From Actinomycetota bacterium (GTDB lineage: Bacteria; Actinomycetota; Thermoleophilia; Solirubrobacterales; JACPNS01), in assembly GCA_016213645.1 (NCBI GenBank), contig JACQZY010000001.1, positions 15,050 to 79,049 on the forward strand: 64,000 nt of DNA, given 5' to 3'. Shown here piece by piece: positions 17,579 through 27,200 of this stretch (position 1 is the first letter of the stretch; each line of letters opens with the position of its first letter). The translations under genes were made by a program, and so were the position numbers. The notes beneath the pieces are model-generated. The model was not told where the DNA came from. It made no database searches and saw only the letters and a program-made list of their open reading frames with translations.

Positions 17579-17643
17579 CGCGAGATGTCGGACATCTACG
17601 CAGAAAACCGCTTGGATAGCGCGTAGATGTGGAACATCTACGC
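17579..17643. promoter_or_regulatory. twin 23-bp palindromes (GCGTAGATGT-N3-ACATCTACGC) upstream of tmk
   Basis: Perfect copy at 17621-17643. Near copy at 17580-17601 with one base missing in the left arm. The right arm of copy 1 can also pair with the left arm of copy 2 (10 bp, 19-nt loop). Confidence 0.6.
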
Positions 17644-17662
17644 AGGGGCGCCTGGGCTGAGC

Positions 17663-17850
17663 GGGCGCGCTGGACGGGCGCGGACGGGTGCGGGTGCGGG
17701 TGCACGGCAGGCGTAGCGGCACGGCAGCGGCACGGCGGGCACAGCGGCACGGCAGGCACGGCGGCACGGCAGCGGCACGGCAGGCACGGCAGGCACAGCG
17801 ACACGGCAGGCACAGCGACACGGCAGGCACAGCGGCACGGCAGCGGCACG
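17663..17850. repeat. degenerate tandem array of GGCACGGCAG / GCACAGC units, preceded by (GCGGGT)x3
   Basis: About 15 head-to-tail units, e.g. gacacggcaggcacagc repeated (17-bp period) at about 17808-17845. Four or more GGG tracts at 17663-17700. Confidence 0.85.
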
Positions 17851-17863
17851 CATCGCAAGTCGC

Positions 17864-17920
17864 GGTTGACGGCTCCTTGCCTGCGGCTCCCGGCTTGAGT
17901 CCTGGTTGACGGCTCCTTGC
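17864..17920. repeat. two copies of GGTTGACGGCTCCTTGC, 40 bp apart
   Basis: 17864-17880 and 17904-17920 are identical. Confidence 0.85.
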
Positions 17921-17979
17921 GTGCGGGTCCTGGCTCGCAGCTCCCGGCGCGCAGACTGCGGTTCCTGGCTTGCGCGCCG

Positions 17980-18021
17980 CTCCCGGCTCCCGGCTCCCGG
18001 CTCCCGGCTCCCGGCTCCCGG
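17980..18021. repeat. perfect heptamer repeat (CTCCCGG)x6, ending 8 nt downstream of the topA stop
   Basis: Read directly from the sequence. On the topA sense strand it reads (CCGGGAG)x6, which gives six GGG tracts with 4-nt spacers. Confidence 0.95.
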
Positions 18022-18029
18022 CGGACCGC

Positions 18030-20696
18030 CTACTTCTTGGCGGCAGGCTTTTTCTTCGCCGCTGGTTTCTTTTTGGCAGCGGGTTTGCGGCCGCCCTTTT
18101 TTGATGGGCCGGCGGCGCGGCGATCGGCGAGCAGCTCGACGGCGCGTTCGTGGGTGATCGTTTCCACGTCGTCGCCTTTGCGCAGGGAGGCGTTGAACTC
18201 GCCATCGGTCACGTACGGACCGAAACGGCCGTCTTTCATCACGATCGGTTTGCCGCTGTTGGGGTCTTCGCCCAGTTCCTTCAGCGGCGGCTTGGCGGCG
18301 CGGCCGTACTTCTTCGGCTGGGCGTAGATCGCACGGGCCTCTTCTTCCGTGAGCGTCAGCAGTTGCTCCTCGGTTTCGATTGAGCGGGAGTCCGCACCCT
18401 TCTTCAGATACGGGCCGTAGCGGCCGTTTTGCGCAGTGATCTCCACGCCGTCCACGTCGGTGCCGACTACGCGCGGCAGCGTCAGCAGCCGCACCGCGTC
18501 GTCCAGCGTGACTGTGTCCAGCAACATCGAGGCAAACAGGCTGGCCGTGCGCGGCTTCGCGCCCTTGGGTGCGTCCTCGGGCAGGGCCTCGGTCACGTAC
18601 GGACCAAACCGGCCCTTCTTCGCCACGATCGCCAGTCCGGTCTCCGGGTGTGCGCCCAGTTCACGCTCCGTGCCGGACGGCTCGGAAAGCAGCTTCTTGG
18701 CCATGTCCAAAGTCAGCTCATCCGGCGGCAGGTCTTCGGGCACGTTGGCGCGGGTGGGCACCTCTTCGCCCTCGTCGTTCTTGGTCAGCGGCGGGCCCTC
18801 CACATACGGCCCGTAGCGACCAACCCGCAAGGCGATCCCCTCGCCCAGCTCGAACGTGGCCAGCTCGCGGGCGTCAATGTCGCCAAGGTCGTCGACCAGG
18901 CGCTTCAAACCGGTGTCGCCTTCGCCGGTGCCAGACCAAAACCGCTGCAACACTTGCACGCGATCTTCGCGGCCGCCGGCGACTTCGTCGAGCACGTCCT
19001 CCAGCTCGGCGGTGAACTCGTACTGAATCAATCTGCCGAAATGCTCCTCAAGCAGACGCGTGGCGCTGAAGGCGATCCACGCCGGCACAAGCGCCGTGCC
19101 CTTCTTGTATACATAGCCGCGCGCCTGGATCGTGTTGACGATCGACGCATAGGTTGACGGGCGACCGATCTCACGGTCTTCAAGTTCTTTGATCAGGCTG
19201 GCTTCGGTAAAGCGGGCCGGCGGCTTGGTCTGGTGGCCGACCGGCGCAAGCTCGGCCGGTGTGACGGCGTCGCCTTCGGCGACGTTTGGCAGCTTGGTCT
19301 GCGAGTCGTCGCTGGCCGCGTCCGGACCCTCGGTCGTCTCCACATACGCCTTCAAAAAACCATGGAACGTGATCGTGCGTCCACTGGCGGCGAACTCGGC
19401 CTCCTGGCCATCCACCTCGCCGCCGGCTGCCGTGGCGCGAATGCGGATCGACACCGAGTTGCCCTTGGCGTCGTTCATCTGCGAGGCGATCGTGCGCTTC
19501 CAAATCAGCTCGTAGAGCTTGAACTCGTCGCCGTTTAGCGAAACCTCTTTGGGCGTGCGGAAGCTCTCTCCGGCCGGACGGATTGCCTCGTGCGCCTCTT
19601 GGGCGTTCTTGGTCTTGGTGGAGTAGACGCGCGGCTGATCGGGCAGGTAATCGGCGCCGTAAAGCTCGGTCACCTGCGCACGCGCGGCCTTGACCGCGGT
19701 TTCCGACAGCGTCACCGAGTCGGTGCGCATATAAGTGATGAATCCGCCCTCGTAAAGGCGCTGCGCCACCTGCATCGTGCGGGCGGCGCCAAACCCGAAC
19801 TTGCGCGACGCCTCCTGCTGCAAGGTGGTGGTGCGAAACGGCGCGTAGGGCTTGCGGGTGTACGGCTTGGATTCCACCGAATGCACCGCAAACGGCTGCT
19901 CGCGCAGTCCGCCGGCCAGCGCACCGGCCGCCGCCTCGTCGAGCTGCACGGCGCTCTCGGCGGTGAGCTCGCCGGCGTTGTTGAAATTGGCGCCGGTGGC
20001 CACGCGCTTGCCGTCCACGGAGTGCAGCCGTGCGGGAAACCGCCGCGGTTCGTACCCCTCACCGGCGTCAAAGGTGGCCTCAAGATCCCAGTAGGACGCA
20101 GCCCGGAAGGCGATCCGCTCGCGCTCGCGCTCCACCACCAGCCGCGTCGCCACGGACTGCACACGGCCGGCCGACAATCCGCTCATCACCTTCTTCCACA
20201 GCACGGGGCTGATCTCGAAGCCGTACAAACGATCGAGGATGCGTCGCGTCTCCTGCGCGTCCACGAGGTGCATGTCCACTTCGCGCGGGTTCTCGATTGC
20301 GCGCTGCACGGCCTCTTTGGTGATCTCGTTGAAGACGATCCGCTTAACCGGAACGCTGGGTTTGAGCTCGTCGAGCAGGTGCCAGGCGATCGCCTCGCCC
20401 TCGCGGTCCTCATCGGTGGCGAGCACGAGTTCGTCCGCGTTCTTGAGCAGCTTCTTGAGCTTGGTGATCTGCTGTTTCTTTTCCGCGGGGACCACGTAGA
20501 TCGGCTCAAACGCCTCCTCCACGTTTACACCCAGCCGCGCCCAGGACTTGCCCTTCAGCTTGGCCGGCACCTCGTCGGCGCCGCGCGGCAGGTCGCGGAT
20601 GTGACCGACCGAAGAGTCCACGACGTATCCGTCACCGAGATAGCTCTCGATGCTCTTTACCTTGTTCGGCGACTCAACGATTACGAGTTTTGGCAC
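18030..20696 (-). CDS. topA: DNA topoisomerase I with a Lys-rich C-terminal tail
   Basis: Toprim VESPNKVKSIESYLG, active-site region GFITYMRTDS, tail KKGGRKPAAKKKPAAKKKPAAKK. GTG 20696 start is preceded by AAAGGA. Confidence 0.95.
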   Translation of the reverse strand: MPKLVIVESPNKVKSIESYLGDGYVVDSSVGHIRDLPRGADEVPAKLKGKSWARLGVNVEEAFEPIYVVPAEKKQQITKLKKLLKNADELVLATDEDREGEAIAWHLLDELKPSVPVKRIVFNEITKEAVQRAIENPREVDMHLVDAQETRRILDRLYGFEISPVLWKKVMSGLSAGRVQSVATRLVVERERERIAFRAASYWDLEATFDAGEGYEPRRFPARLHSVDGKRVATGANFNNAGELTAESAVQLDEAAAGALAGGLREQPFAVHSVESKPYTRKPYAPFRTTTLQQEASRKFGFGAARTMQVAQRLYEGGFITYMRTDSVTLSETAVKAARAQVTELYGADYLPDQPRVYSTKTKNAQEAHEAIRPAGESFRTPKEVSLNGDEFKLYELIWKRTIASQMNDAKGNSVSIRIRATAAGGEVDGQEAEFAASGRTITFHGFLKAYVETTEGPDAASDDSQTKLPNVAEGDAVTPAELAPVGHQTKPPARFTEASLIKELEDREIGRPSTYASIVNTIQARGYVYKKGTALVPAWIAFSATRLLEEHFGRLIQYEFTAELEDVLDEVAGGREDRVQVLQRFWSGTGEGDTGLKRLVDDLGDIDARELATFELGEGIALRVGRYGPYVEGPPLTKNDEGEEVPTRANVPEDLPPDELTLDMAKKLLSEPSGTERELGAHPETGLAIVAKKGRFGPYVTEALPEDAPKGAKPRTASLFASMLLDTVTLDDAVRLLTLPRVVGTDVDGVEITAQNGRYGPYLKKGADSRSIETEEQLLTLTEEEARAIYAQPKKYGRAAKPPLKELGEDPNSGKPIVMKDGRFGPYVTDGEFNASLRKGDDVETITHERAVELLADRRAAGPSKKGGRKPAAKKKPAAKKKPAAKK

Positions 20697-20898
20697 TGCG
20701 ATCCTTTTCCGGGCGGCCGTTTGAGCACACCGTAGCGCGTGTTCGAGCAAATCACAAACGTGGCGACGAACGGGATGGCGGCGCGCAATCCGGCTCGCAG
20801 CCCGTGATTACCGGACGCCGGCGCGCGGTGATCGCGCGCGTTTGGATCACGTAGGCTGTGACCGTCCAGCCCCTTCCAACTCGCGGGAAAGTGATCGC

Positions 20899-21837
20899 AT
20901 GAAAGCATTGGTGACAGGCGGATCCGGATTTATCGGCTCCAACCTCGTGGACGCACTGGTTGCGCGCGGCGACGAAGTCGTGGCGCTCGACGATCTGAGC
21001 ACCGGCAAGCGGGAGAACCTCGACGGCGCGCTGGCCGGCGGCGCGCGCCTGGTCGAAGGCAGCATCACCGACCGTGCCACGATCGACGGGTTGCTGGCGG
21101 AGTTTCGGCCGGACACGATCTTTCACTTGGCCGCCCAGATCGACGTGCGGCGATCGGTGAACGACCCCGCGTTAGACGCGTCGGTCAACGTAGTCGGCAC
21201 GATCAACATGTTGGAAAGCGCGCGCGAGCACGGTGTGGGACGGTTCGTTTTCAGTTCCACCGGCGGCGCGATCTACGGGGAGGCGGAGACGATTCCGTCG
21301 CCGGAGGGCGTCACGCCGTTTCCGGAGGCGCCATATGGACAGGCAAAGCTTGCGGCCGAGGGCTATCTGGGACTGTTCGATCGCCTTTACGGAATGTCGA
21401 CGGTGGCGCTGCGTTACGGCAACGTTTACGGACCGCGCCAGGACCCGCTGGGCGAGGCCGGCGTGATCGCGATCTTCTGCGGCAAGGCTATGAGCGGCGA
21501 CCGACCGACCGTTTTTGGCGACGGCACCCAGACGCGCGACTACGTCTACGTAGGGGACGTAGCGACGGCGAACATACTCGCGGCCGAGAGCGATTTCACC
21601 GGCGCGATCAACGTCGGCACCGGTCGCGAGACCAGCGTGCTGCAGCTGGTCGAAGCGCTGGCGCCGCACGCCGAAGGCGACTTCACGCCGGTCTTCGAAC
21701 CGGCCCGTTTGGGCGAGCTACCCCGCAGCGCGCTGGACGTGTCACGCGCCGAGTCCGTACTGGGGTGGCGTGCCGAGGTGTCATTGGCCGACGGCATGGA
21801 CACCACGCTGGCGGTCGCGCGAGCGACATTCGCATAA
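20899..21837 (+). CDS. NAD-dependent epimerase/dehydratase (UDP-glucose 4-epimerase-like)
   Basis: MKALVTGGSGFIGSNLVDAL Rossmann motif and YGQAKLAAE (YxxxK). Confidence 0.8.
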   Translation: MKALVTGGSGFIGSNLVDALVARGDEVVALDDLSTGKRENLDGALAGGARLVEGSITDRATIDGLLAEFRPDTIFHLAAQIDVRRSVNDPALDASVNVVGTINMLESAREHGVGRFVFSSTGGAIYGEAETIPSPEGVTPFPEAPYGQAKLAAEGYLGLFDRLYGMSTVALRYGNVYGPRQDPLGEAGVIAIFCGKAMSGDRPTVFGDGTQTRDYVYVGDVATANILAAESDFTGAINVGTGRETSVLQLVEALAPHAEGDFTPVFEPARLGELPRSALDVSRAESVLGWRAEVSLADGMDTTLAVARATFA

Positions 21838-21879
21838 AAAAACGGCCCGGTGACCGCGAGGACGCACGGTCACCGGACC
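21836..21879 (-). terminator. intrinsic terminator oriented for minus-strand transcripts
   Basis: On the minus strand: 13-bp stem GGUCCGGUGACCG...CGGUCACCGGGCC, a 10-nt loop, then G + UUUUUUU. The U-tract overlaps the epimerase stop codon. Confidence 0.7.
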
Positions 21880-22108
21880 TATGAGGGCTGGTTGCAGACC
21901 TTCGGGGACACTCAAGTCTGGCCCTTCACCCTTGATCTCGAGACGCGCGCTGTGCTTCGGGGCAGACTCCGAAGCGGTGCATTGCGCTATCTCATAATTC
22001 CGTTGTCGGACACTGGCGAATGTTCTTTAGACCAAACTGGCTGATTGGCCAAAGAATTTCTATATTTACCCCATTCCGGGGACCAGTCAACAATAAAGAA
22101 GTGGGAAT

Positions 22109-23932
22109 TTACCTATTTATTTGTAGGTTGCGTCGCTCAAAAACCCACGCCATGCCCAGCGCAAGGGAGAGCGCGATGAACGGCAGAATCGTAATCCGCG
22201 ACCTGTTTTCGGCGTGCATCACGAGGTACACCAGCGGCAATGTGACCAGTGGAAGGGCCATCAGTCGAGCTGCCGAACCCGGCCCCTCGGCCCACATGCT
22301 GATCACTCCCAGCACCAGCAGCAGCGCATAAACCGCGATCCACGCGATAGCCAAACCGTCGTCGATCCGCTGAAACGTGGGATCGTCGCGGGTGGCAGCG
22401 GGAAGCAGCCGGTGGTAGTCCCATTCGCCGGAGTCGTAGTTGCCGCGCGCGTGCACCTGATTCCACGGCGAAAGCAGAGCGACCGCGCGGTCGCCCACGG
22501 CGTGCGCGGACCGGCCGGGATGACCGGCCAGTTCCGCGAAGCCCTCACGCTGCATGCAGCGCGCCCACTCGGCGTGATCGGCGATCTCCTGGCTTTCCAG
22601 GAGCCCGCGGTCGCAGCGGGGCGAGGTCGCGCCCGGCACGAAGCCGCCGGAAGCCAGCGGATCAACATTGTCCTGATAGAGCGACGCCACGCCGCCGAGC
22701 GAGATCGGAATGAACTCGTCGTAAAGCGCGTAGTCACGCGCGATCCACACCGCCGGCAGCAGCAGAGCGATCAGCACGAGCCTGATTGCGAATCGCCACG
22801 GAAGCGCAGTGGCCAGCCAGGCCGCCGCAAACGGCAGCATGATTGCCACCCGTGGCTGCGTGATCAATGCGTACGAAAAGGCCAGACCGGCGAGCAGCAC
22901 CAGCATGTCCGTGGAGGCCCCTTCGCGGGAGGCACGCTTTTGGCGGCGTCCGCGTCCGCGGCGCGGCGGTTCGTCGAGCACGGCCCATTCGGTGTCCAAC
23001 TCGTCCTCGTCCCGCGCCGGGACGTCGTCGGCCGATTCGATGAATTCGGCGTCGAACGGCTGCGCCAAATCAGCGTCCGGCGAAAGGCGGGCGGCGGGCG
23101 GCGGCTCTGCAGTCGGTGAAGCCGCCAACACCGCGTCACTCCGGTCTTCGTCGCTCGGCCCGCCCGCGGCCCGATCCGCCTCGCGCGCCTTCACCAACAG
23201 CAATACCGTCGCAGTCAGCATGAACGTCGTAAGGGTGTCACCGGCGAACCGGTTGGGCAGGTCGACCAGCGCGATCGAAACAGTCAGCAGAACCGGTGGC
23301 ACCAGAGCGCCGTAGCCGAAGAGCACGCGGCATGCCAGCGCGAAGGTCATCAGCGTTGTCGCCGCCGCAAGCAACGATTGCGCCACGAACGCGATCGTCA
23401 TCACATACTCGCTGCGCACTTCCACGTCTCCGACCGGCAACGCCTTCCACACTCCGGCCAGGAAGAGCGCGTAACCGGGTGGGTTCATCTCTCGATATAC
23501 GTCGGCGAGCGAAGCGAACGCCGGGTCCACGATCCCGCCGCGCAGGTAGCCGTGCGCCTGGGTTACCCAGACCGCGCCTTCGGCACCGGATCGCATCGCC
23601 AGTAGATCGCTGCCGTAGTGCACCAGCCAGGCGGCGCGCGCGATCAACCCTGCCGCCGCAAGCAGCAGAGCCAGCGTCCAGAGTCGGCGCGTGGTGGCGG
23701 CTTCGTTGGGCGTGGTGACGGTTTCGTGGCGCATGGTGACGGCTTCGTCGGGTGCGATTGCGGTTTCGTAAGGCGCGATGGCGTGCGCGTTGCGCGTGAG
23801 AGCCGATCGGCTGCGCGCGGCGGCCCGATCGATGCGTGCGGCGGAATTCTCGGCAGGCAGGTCCGCAGGCAGGTCGGCAGGCACCTCGGCAGGCTCACGC
23901 CCGCGCCGTCGCTTTGAACGATCGCCTCGCAT
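22109..23932 (-). CDS. polytopic membrane protein (GT-C / ArnT-like fold is possible) with a repeat-containing N-terminus and an acidic disordered insert
   Basis: More than 10 hydrophobic segments, and an about 110-aa Asp/Glu/Pro-rich insert (...PSDEDRSDAV...DEDELDTEW...). The start is uncertain: 23932 or ATG 23734. Confidence 0.55.
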   Translation of the reverse strand: MRGDRSKRRRGREPAEVPADLPADLPAENSAARIDRAAARSRSALTRNAHAIAPYETAIAPDEAVTMRHETVTTPNEAATTRRLWTLALLLAAAGLIARAAWLVHYGSDLLAMRSGAEGAVWVTQAHGYLRGGIVDPAFASLADVYREMNPPGYALFLAGVWKALPVGDVEVRSEYVMTIAFVAQSLLAAATTLMTFALACRVLFGYGALVPPVLLTVSIALVDLPNRFAGDTLTTFMLTATVLLLVKAREADRAAGGPSDEDRSDAVLAASPTAEPPPAARLSPDADLAQPFDAEFIESADDVPARDEDELDTEWAVLDEPPRRGRGRRQKRASREGASTDMLVLLAGLAFSYALITQPRVAIMLPFAAAWLATALPWRFAIRLVLIALLLPAVWIARDYALYDEFIPISLGGVASLYQDNVDPLASGGFVPGATSPRCDRGLLESQEIADHAEWARCMQREGFAELAGHPGRSAHAVGDRAVALLSPWNQVHARGNYDSGEWDYHRLLPAATRDDPTFQRIDDGLAIAWIAVYALLLVLGVISMWAEGPGSAARLMALPLVTLPLVYLVMHAENRSRITILPFIALSLALGMAWVFERRNLQINR

Positions 23933-24277
23933 GGTGATGTATTCGCCGAGGCGCGGCCGTTTGCATTTAGTAAAGCCGCTTATTGGGCTTTTTCATGCGT
24001 TTTTGGCGGCGTTCAGATCACTTCTCAAAGGTAATATCAACGCGTAACCGGACTTGTTTCCCACTCGATGCGCCGATCCCTTCAAGGTTTTCCGTCCGAG
24101 CAAAGTGATTGATTGTCGAGTTACCCGCTGATAGCGGATGAGAAGCCCGCAAAGTGGTGATTTTCACGGCAAATTCGCACTTTCGGCATCAGCTTGACGA
24201 ACCACTGAAGAGGAATGCCTGACAGAAAAATTGCGTCGCCGGACGGGGATCGCGGCGGCAATGGGAGGGGATCACGA

Positions 24278-27200
24278 ATGACGATGACGGACATGACAAC
24301 GGCACTTACAACACTTGCGGCATCCGGACCGGGCGAAGGCGCGGCCAACTATCGCGGCCACGGCCGGGGCCTCACGCTCCAGCGATTCTTCACGCGGGCC
24401 GGTGTACGACCTTTCGACACGGTCGAGTGGGAGCTTCGCGACGCCGTGATCGGCGATCCCGCGAATCCCGTCTTTGAACAGCGCGACGTGGAGTTTCCGA
24501 GGACGTGGAGCCAGAACTCCACCAACATCGTCGCCCAGAAGTACTTCCGCGGCAAGCTCGACGGTCCCGAGCGCGAAAACTCTGTCAAGCAGATGATCGG
24601 CCGCGTGTCCGGCACGATCGCCGGCTGGGGACGCGAGCTCGGTTACTTCGCGAGCGAGGGCGACGCGCAGATCTTCGAAGATGAACTCACGTACATCCTG
24701 CTGCACCAGATCGCGGCGTTCAACTCGCCGGTCTGGTTCAACGTCGGCTTTGAAGAGAAGCCGCAGTGCTCGGCCTGTTTCATCCTCTCCGTGCAGGACA
24801 CGATGGAGTCGATCCTCGACTGGAACACGCAGGAGGGCATGATCTTCCGCGGCGGTTCCGGCAGCGGCATCAATCTTTCGAACATCCGTGGTTCGCACGA
24901 GCACCTCAGCAAGGGCGGATACGCCAGCGGCCCGGTGTCGTTCATGCGCGGCGCGGACTCGTGGGCCGGCACGATCAAGTCCGGCGGCAAGACTCGCCGC
25001 GCGGCAAAGATGGTCGTGCTCGACGTCGACCACCCGGACATCGAAGACTTCATCTGGTGCAAGGCCAAAGAAGAGGACAAGGCCCGCGCGTTGCGCGACG
25101 CCGGTTTCGACATGTCGATAGACGGCGACGGCTTCACCTCGATCCAATACCAAAACGCGAACAACTCGGTGCGCGTGAGCGACGCATTCATGGAGGCGGT
25201 CGAGCGCGGTAGCGAGTGGTGGACGACCGCACGCAAGGACGGATCGCCCGTCAAGGAATACGACGCTCGCGACCTGATGCGCCAGATCTCCGACGCCGCG
25301 TGGCGTTGCGCGGATCCAGGGGTGCAGTACGACACTGTGATCAACCGCTGGCACACATGCCCGAATTCGGGGCGGATCAACGCGAGCAATCCGTGCTCCG
25401 AATACATGCACGTCGACGACTCGGCCTGCAATCTGTCGTCACTGAACCTGATGAAATTCCGCCGCGAGGACGGCACGTTCGACGTGCGGCAGTTCGAGCA
25501 CGCGGTCGACGTGATGTTGCTGGCGCAGGAGATCGTGGTCACGCCGAGCAGCTACCCGACCGAGAAGATCGGCGCGAACGCGCGGGCGTTTCGTCAGCTC
25601 GGTCTGGGCTATGCGAACCTCGGTGCGTTGCTGATGAGCAACGGACTGCCTTACGACAGCGACCGCGGTCGCGCCGATGCGGCGGCAATCACTGCGCTGA
25701 TGACCGGCCGCGCCTACCGCCAGAGCGCGATGATCGCCGAAGCGATCGGCACTTACGAACGTTACGGCGAGAACGCCGAGCCACACATGAACGTGATGCG
25801 CATGCACCGCGATGCTTCGTACGAGATCCCTGAGGACCTCGTGGAGGACGCCCCGCTGCTGGAAGCCGCGCAGCGTGCCTGGGACGAGGCCGTCGAGGCC
25901 GGTGCGGCGTATGGCTACCGCAACGCGCAGTCCACGGTGCTCGCGCCGACCGGCACGATCTCGTTCCTGATGGACTGCGACACCACGGGCATCGAGCCGG
26001 ACTTTTCTCTGATCAAGTACAAGGAGCTGGTGGGCGGCGGCCGCATGACGATCGTCAACCGCACTGTTCCGCTGGCACTGAAGACGCTCGGTTACGACCC
26101 GGCCGTGATCGAGCAGATCGAGGCGCACATCAACGAAAACGGCACGATCGTGGACGCTCCCGGTCTGGACACCGCGCATCTGCCGGTCTTCGACGTTGCC
26201 GTCGGCGACCGGGCGATCAGCCACATGGGCCACATCAAAATGATGGCCGCCGCACAGCCGTTTCTCTCGGGGGCCATCAGCAAGACGGTGAACATGCCCA
26301 ACTCGGCCACCGTTGAGGACATCGCCGAGGCGTACATCGAGGGCTGGCGACTGAGCCTGAAGGCGCTGGCGATATACCGCGACGGCTCGAAGACCGCGCA
26401 GGCACTGCGCACCGACGCGCAGGAGAGCGCGGACCTTGAAGGCAAGGTCGTGCTCTCGCAGGACGAGTTCGACAAGGCGCTGGAGACCGCGCGGGCCGAG
26501 GGGGCGACCGAGGCAGGCAAGAAGCCGCACCGCCGGCGCATGCCGGTGGAGCGCGAGTCGTTGACGCACAAATTCTCGATCCAGGGCCACGAGGGCTACA
26601 TCACCGCCGGCAAATACGAGGACGGCACGGTCGGCGAGATCTTCCTCACCGACATCGGCAAGGAAGGCTCCACGCTGCGCGGCATGATGAACGCCTTCGC
26701 GACCGCGATCTCGGTGGGTCTGCAGTACGGCGTCCCGCTGGAGACTTTGGTGGACAAGTTTTCCTACATGCGTTTCGAACCCGAGGGCATGACCAAGAAC
26801 AAGGAGATCCCGTTCGCCAAGTCGATGCCCGACTACATCATGCGCTGGCTGGCTTCGCGCTTCTGCGACGCCGAGCTTCAGGAAGAACTCGGCATCATGA
26901 CCGACGCCGTGCGCGCGAAGAAGCTCGGCGAAGAGGCCGACGTCGCCCAGCGCCAGGACACGGCCGGCCCGGCAAACAGCCCGGCAATTAGCCCAGCGAA
27001 CGGCTCCGGCAACGGCAGCGCGAGCGGCGAGACCACCACCTCACCCGGCGCCAAGACCGAGGCCACCACCGCGCCAGCGGACAAGGCTCCCGAGGTGACC
27101 GCTACTGGCGGTTCCGGTCAGAGCGCCGCCGCGGGTTCCGCGCTGACCGACACCCCGCCGGCCGTGCCGGCGAAGATGAAGGGACTGGACCTCGGTCCGG

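Noticed and set aside
16756-17595. Long form of tmk (279 aa) starting at ATG 17595
   Set aside because: The extra 47 residues (MSDISRCEESEVCAGNRIEVRSGVGAGGNAGLGLRGAHAGGGQYHRR) are low-complexity, and the ATG sits inside a palindrome arm. The P-loop lies about 35 residues after Met 17454, which is already long for a Tmk.
17223-18205. ORFs 17223-17858 and 17540-18205 (211 and 221 aa) crossing the topA-tmk spacer
   Set aside because: Their sequences are Cys/Arg/Ala/Pro repeats generated by the tandem DNA repeats, whose periods are not multiples of 3. They also overlap tmk and topA. They are not credible proteins.
23933-24277. Cobalamin riboswitch or NrdR boxes upstream of nrdJ
   Set aside because: I could not find a B12-box-like element or a pair of 16-bp NrdR-type palindromes with the expected spacing. 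Only a 49-bp-spaced direct repeat is present. I reported it as an open question instead.
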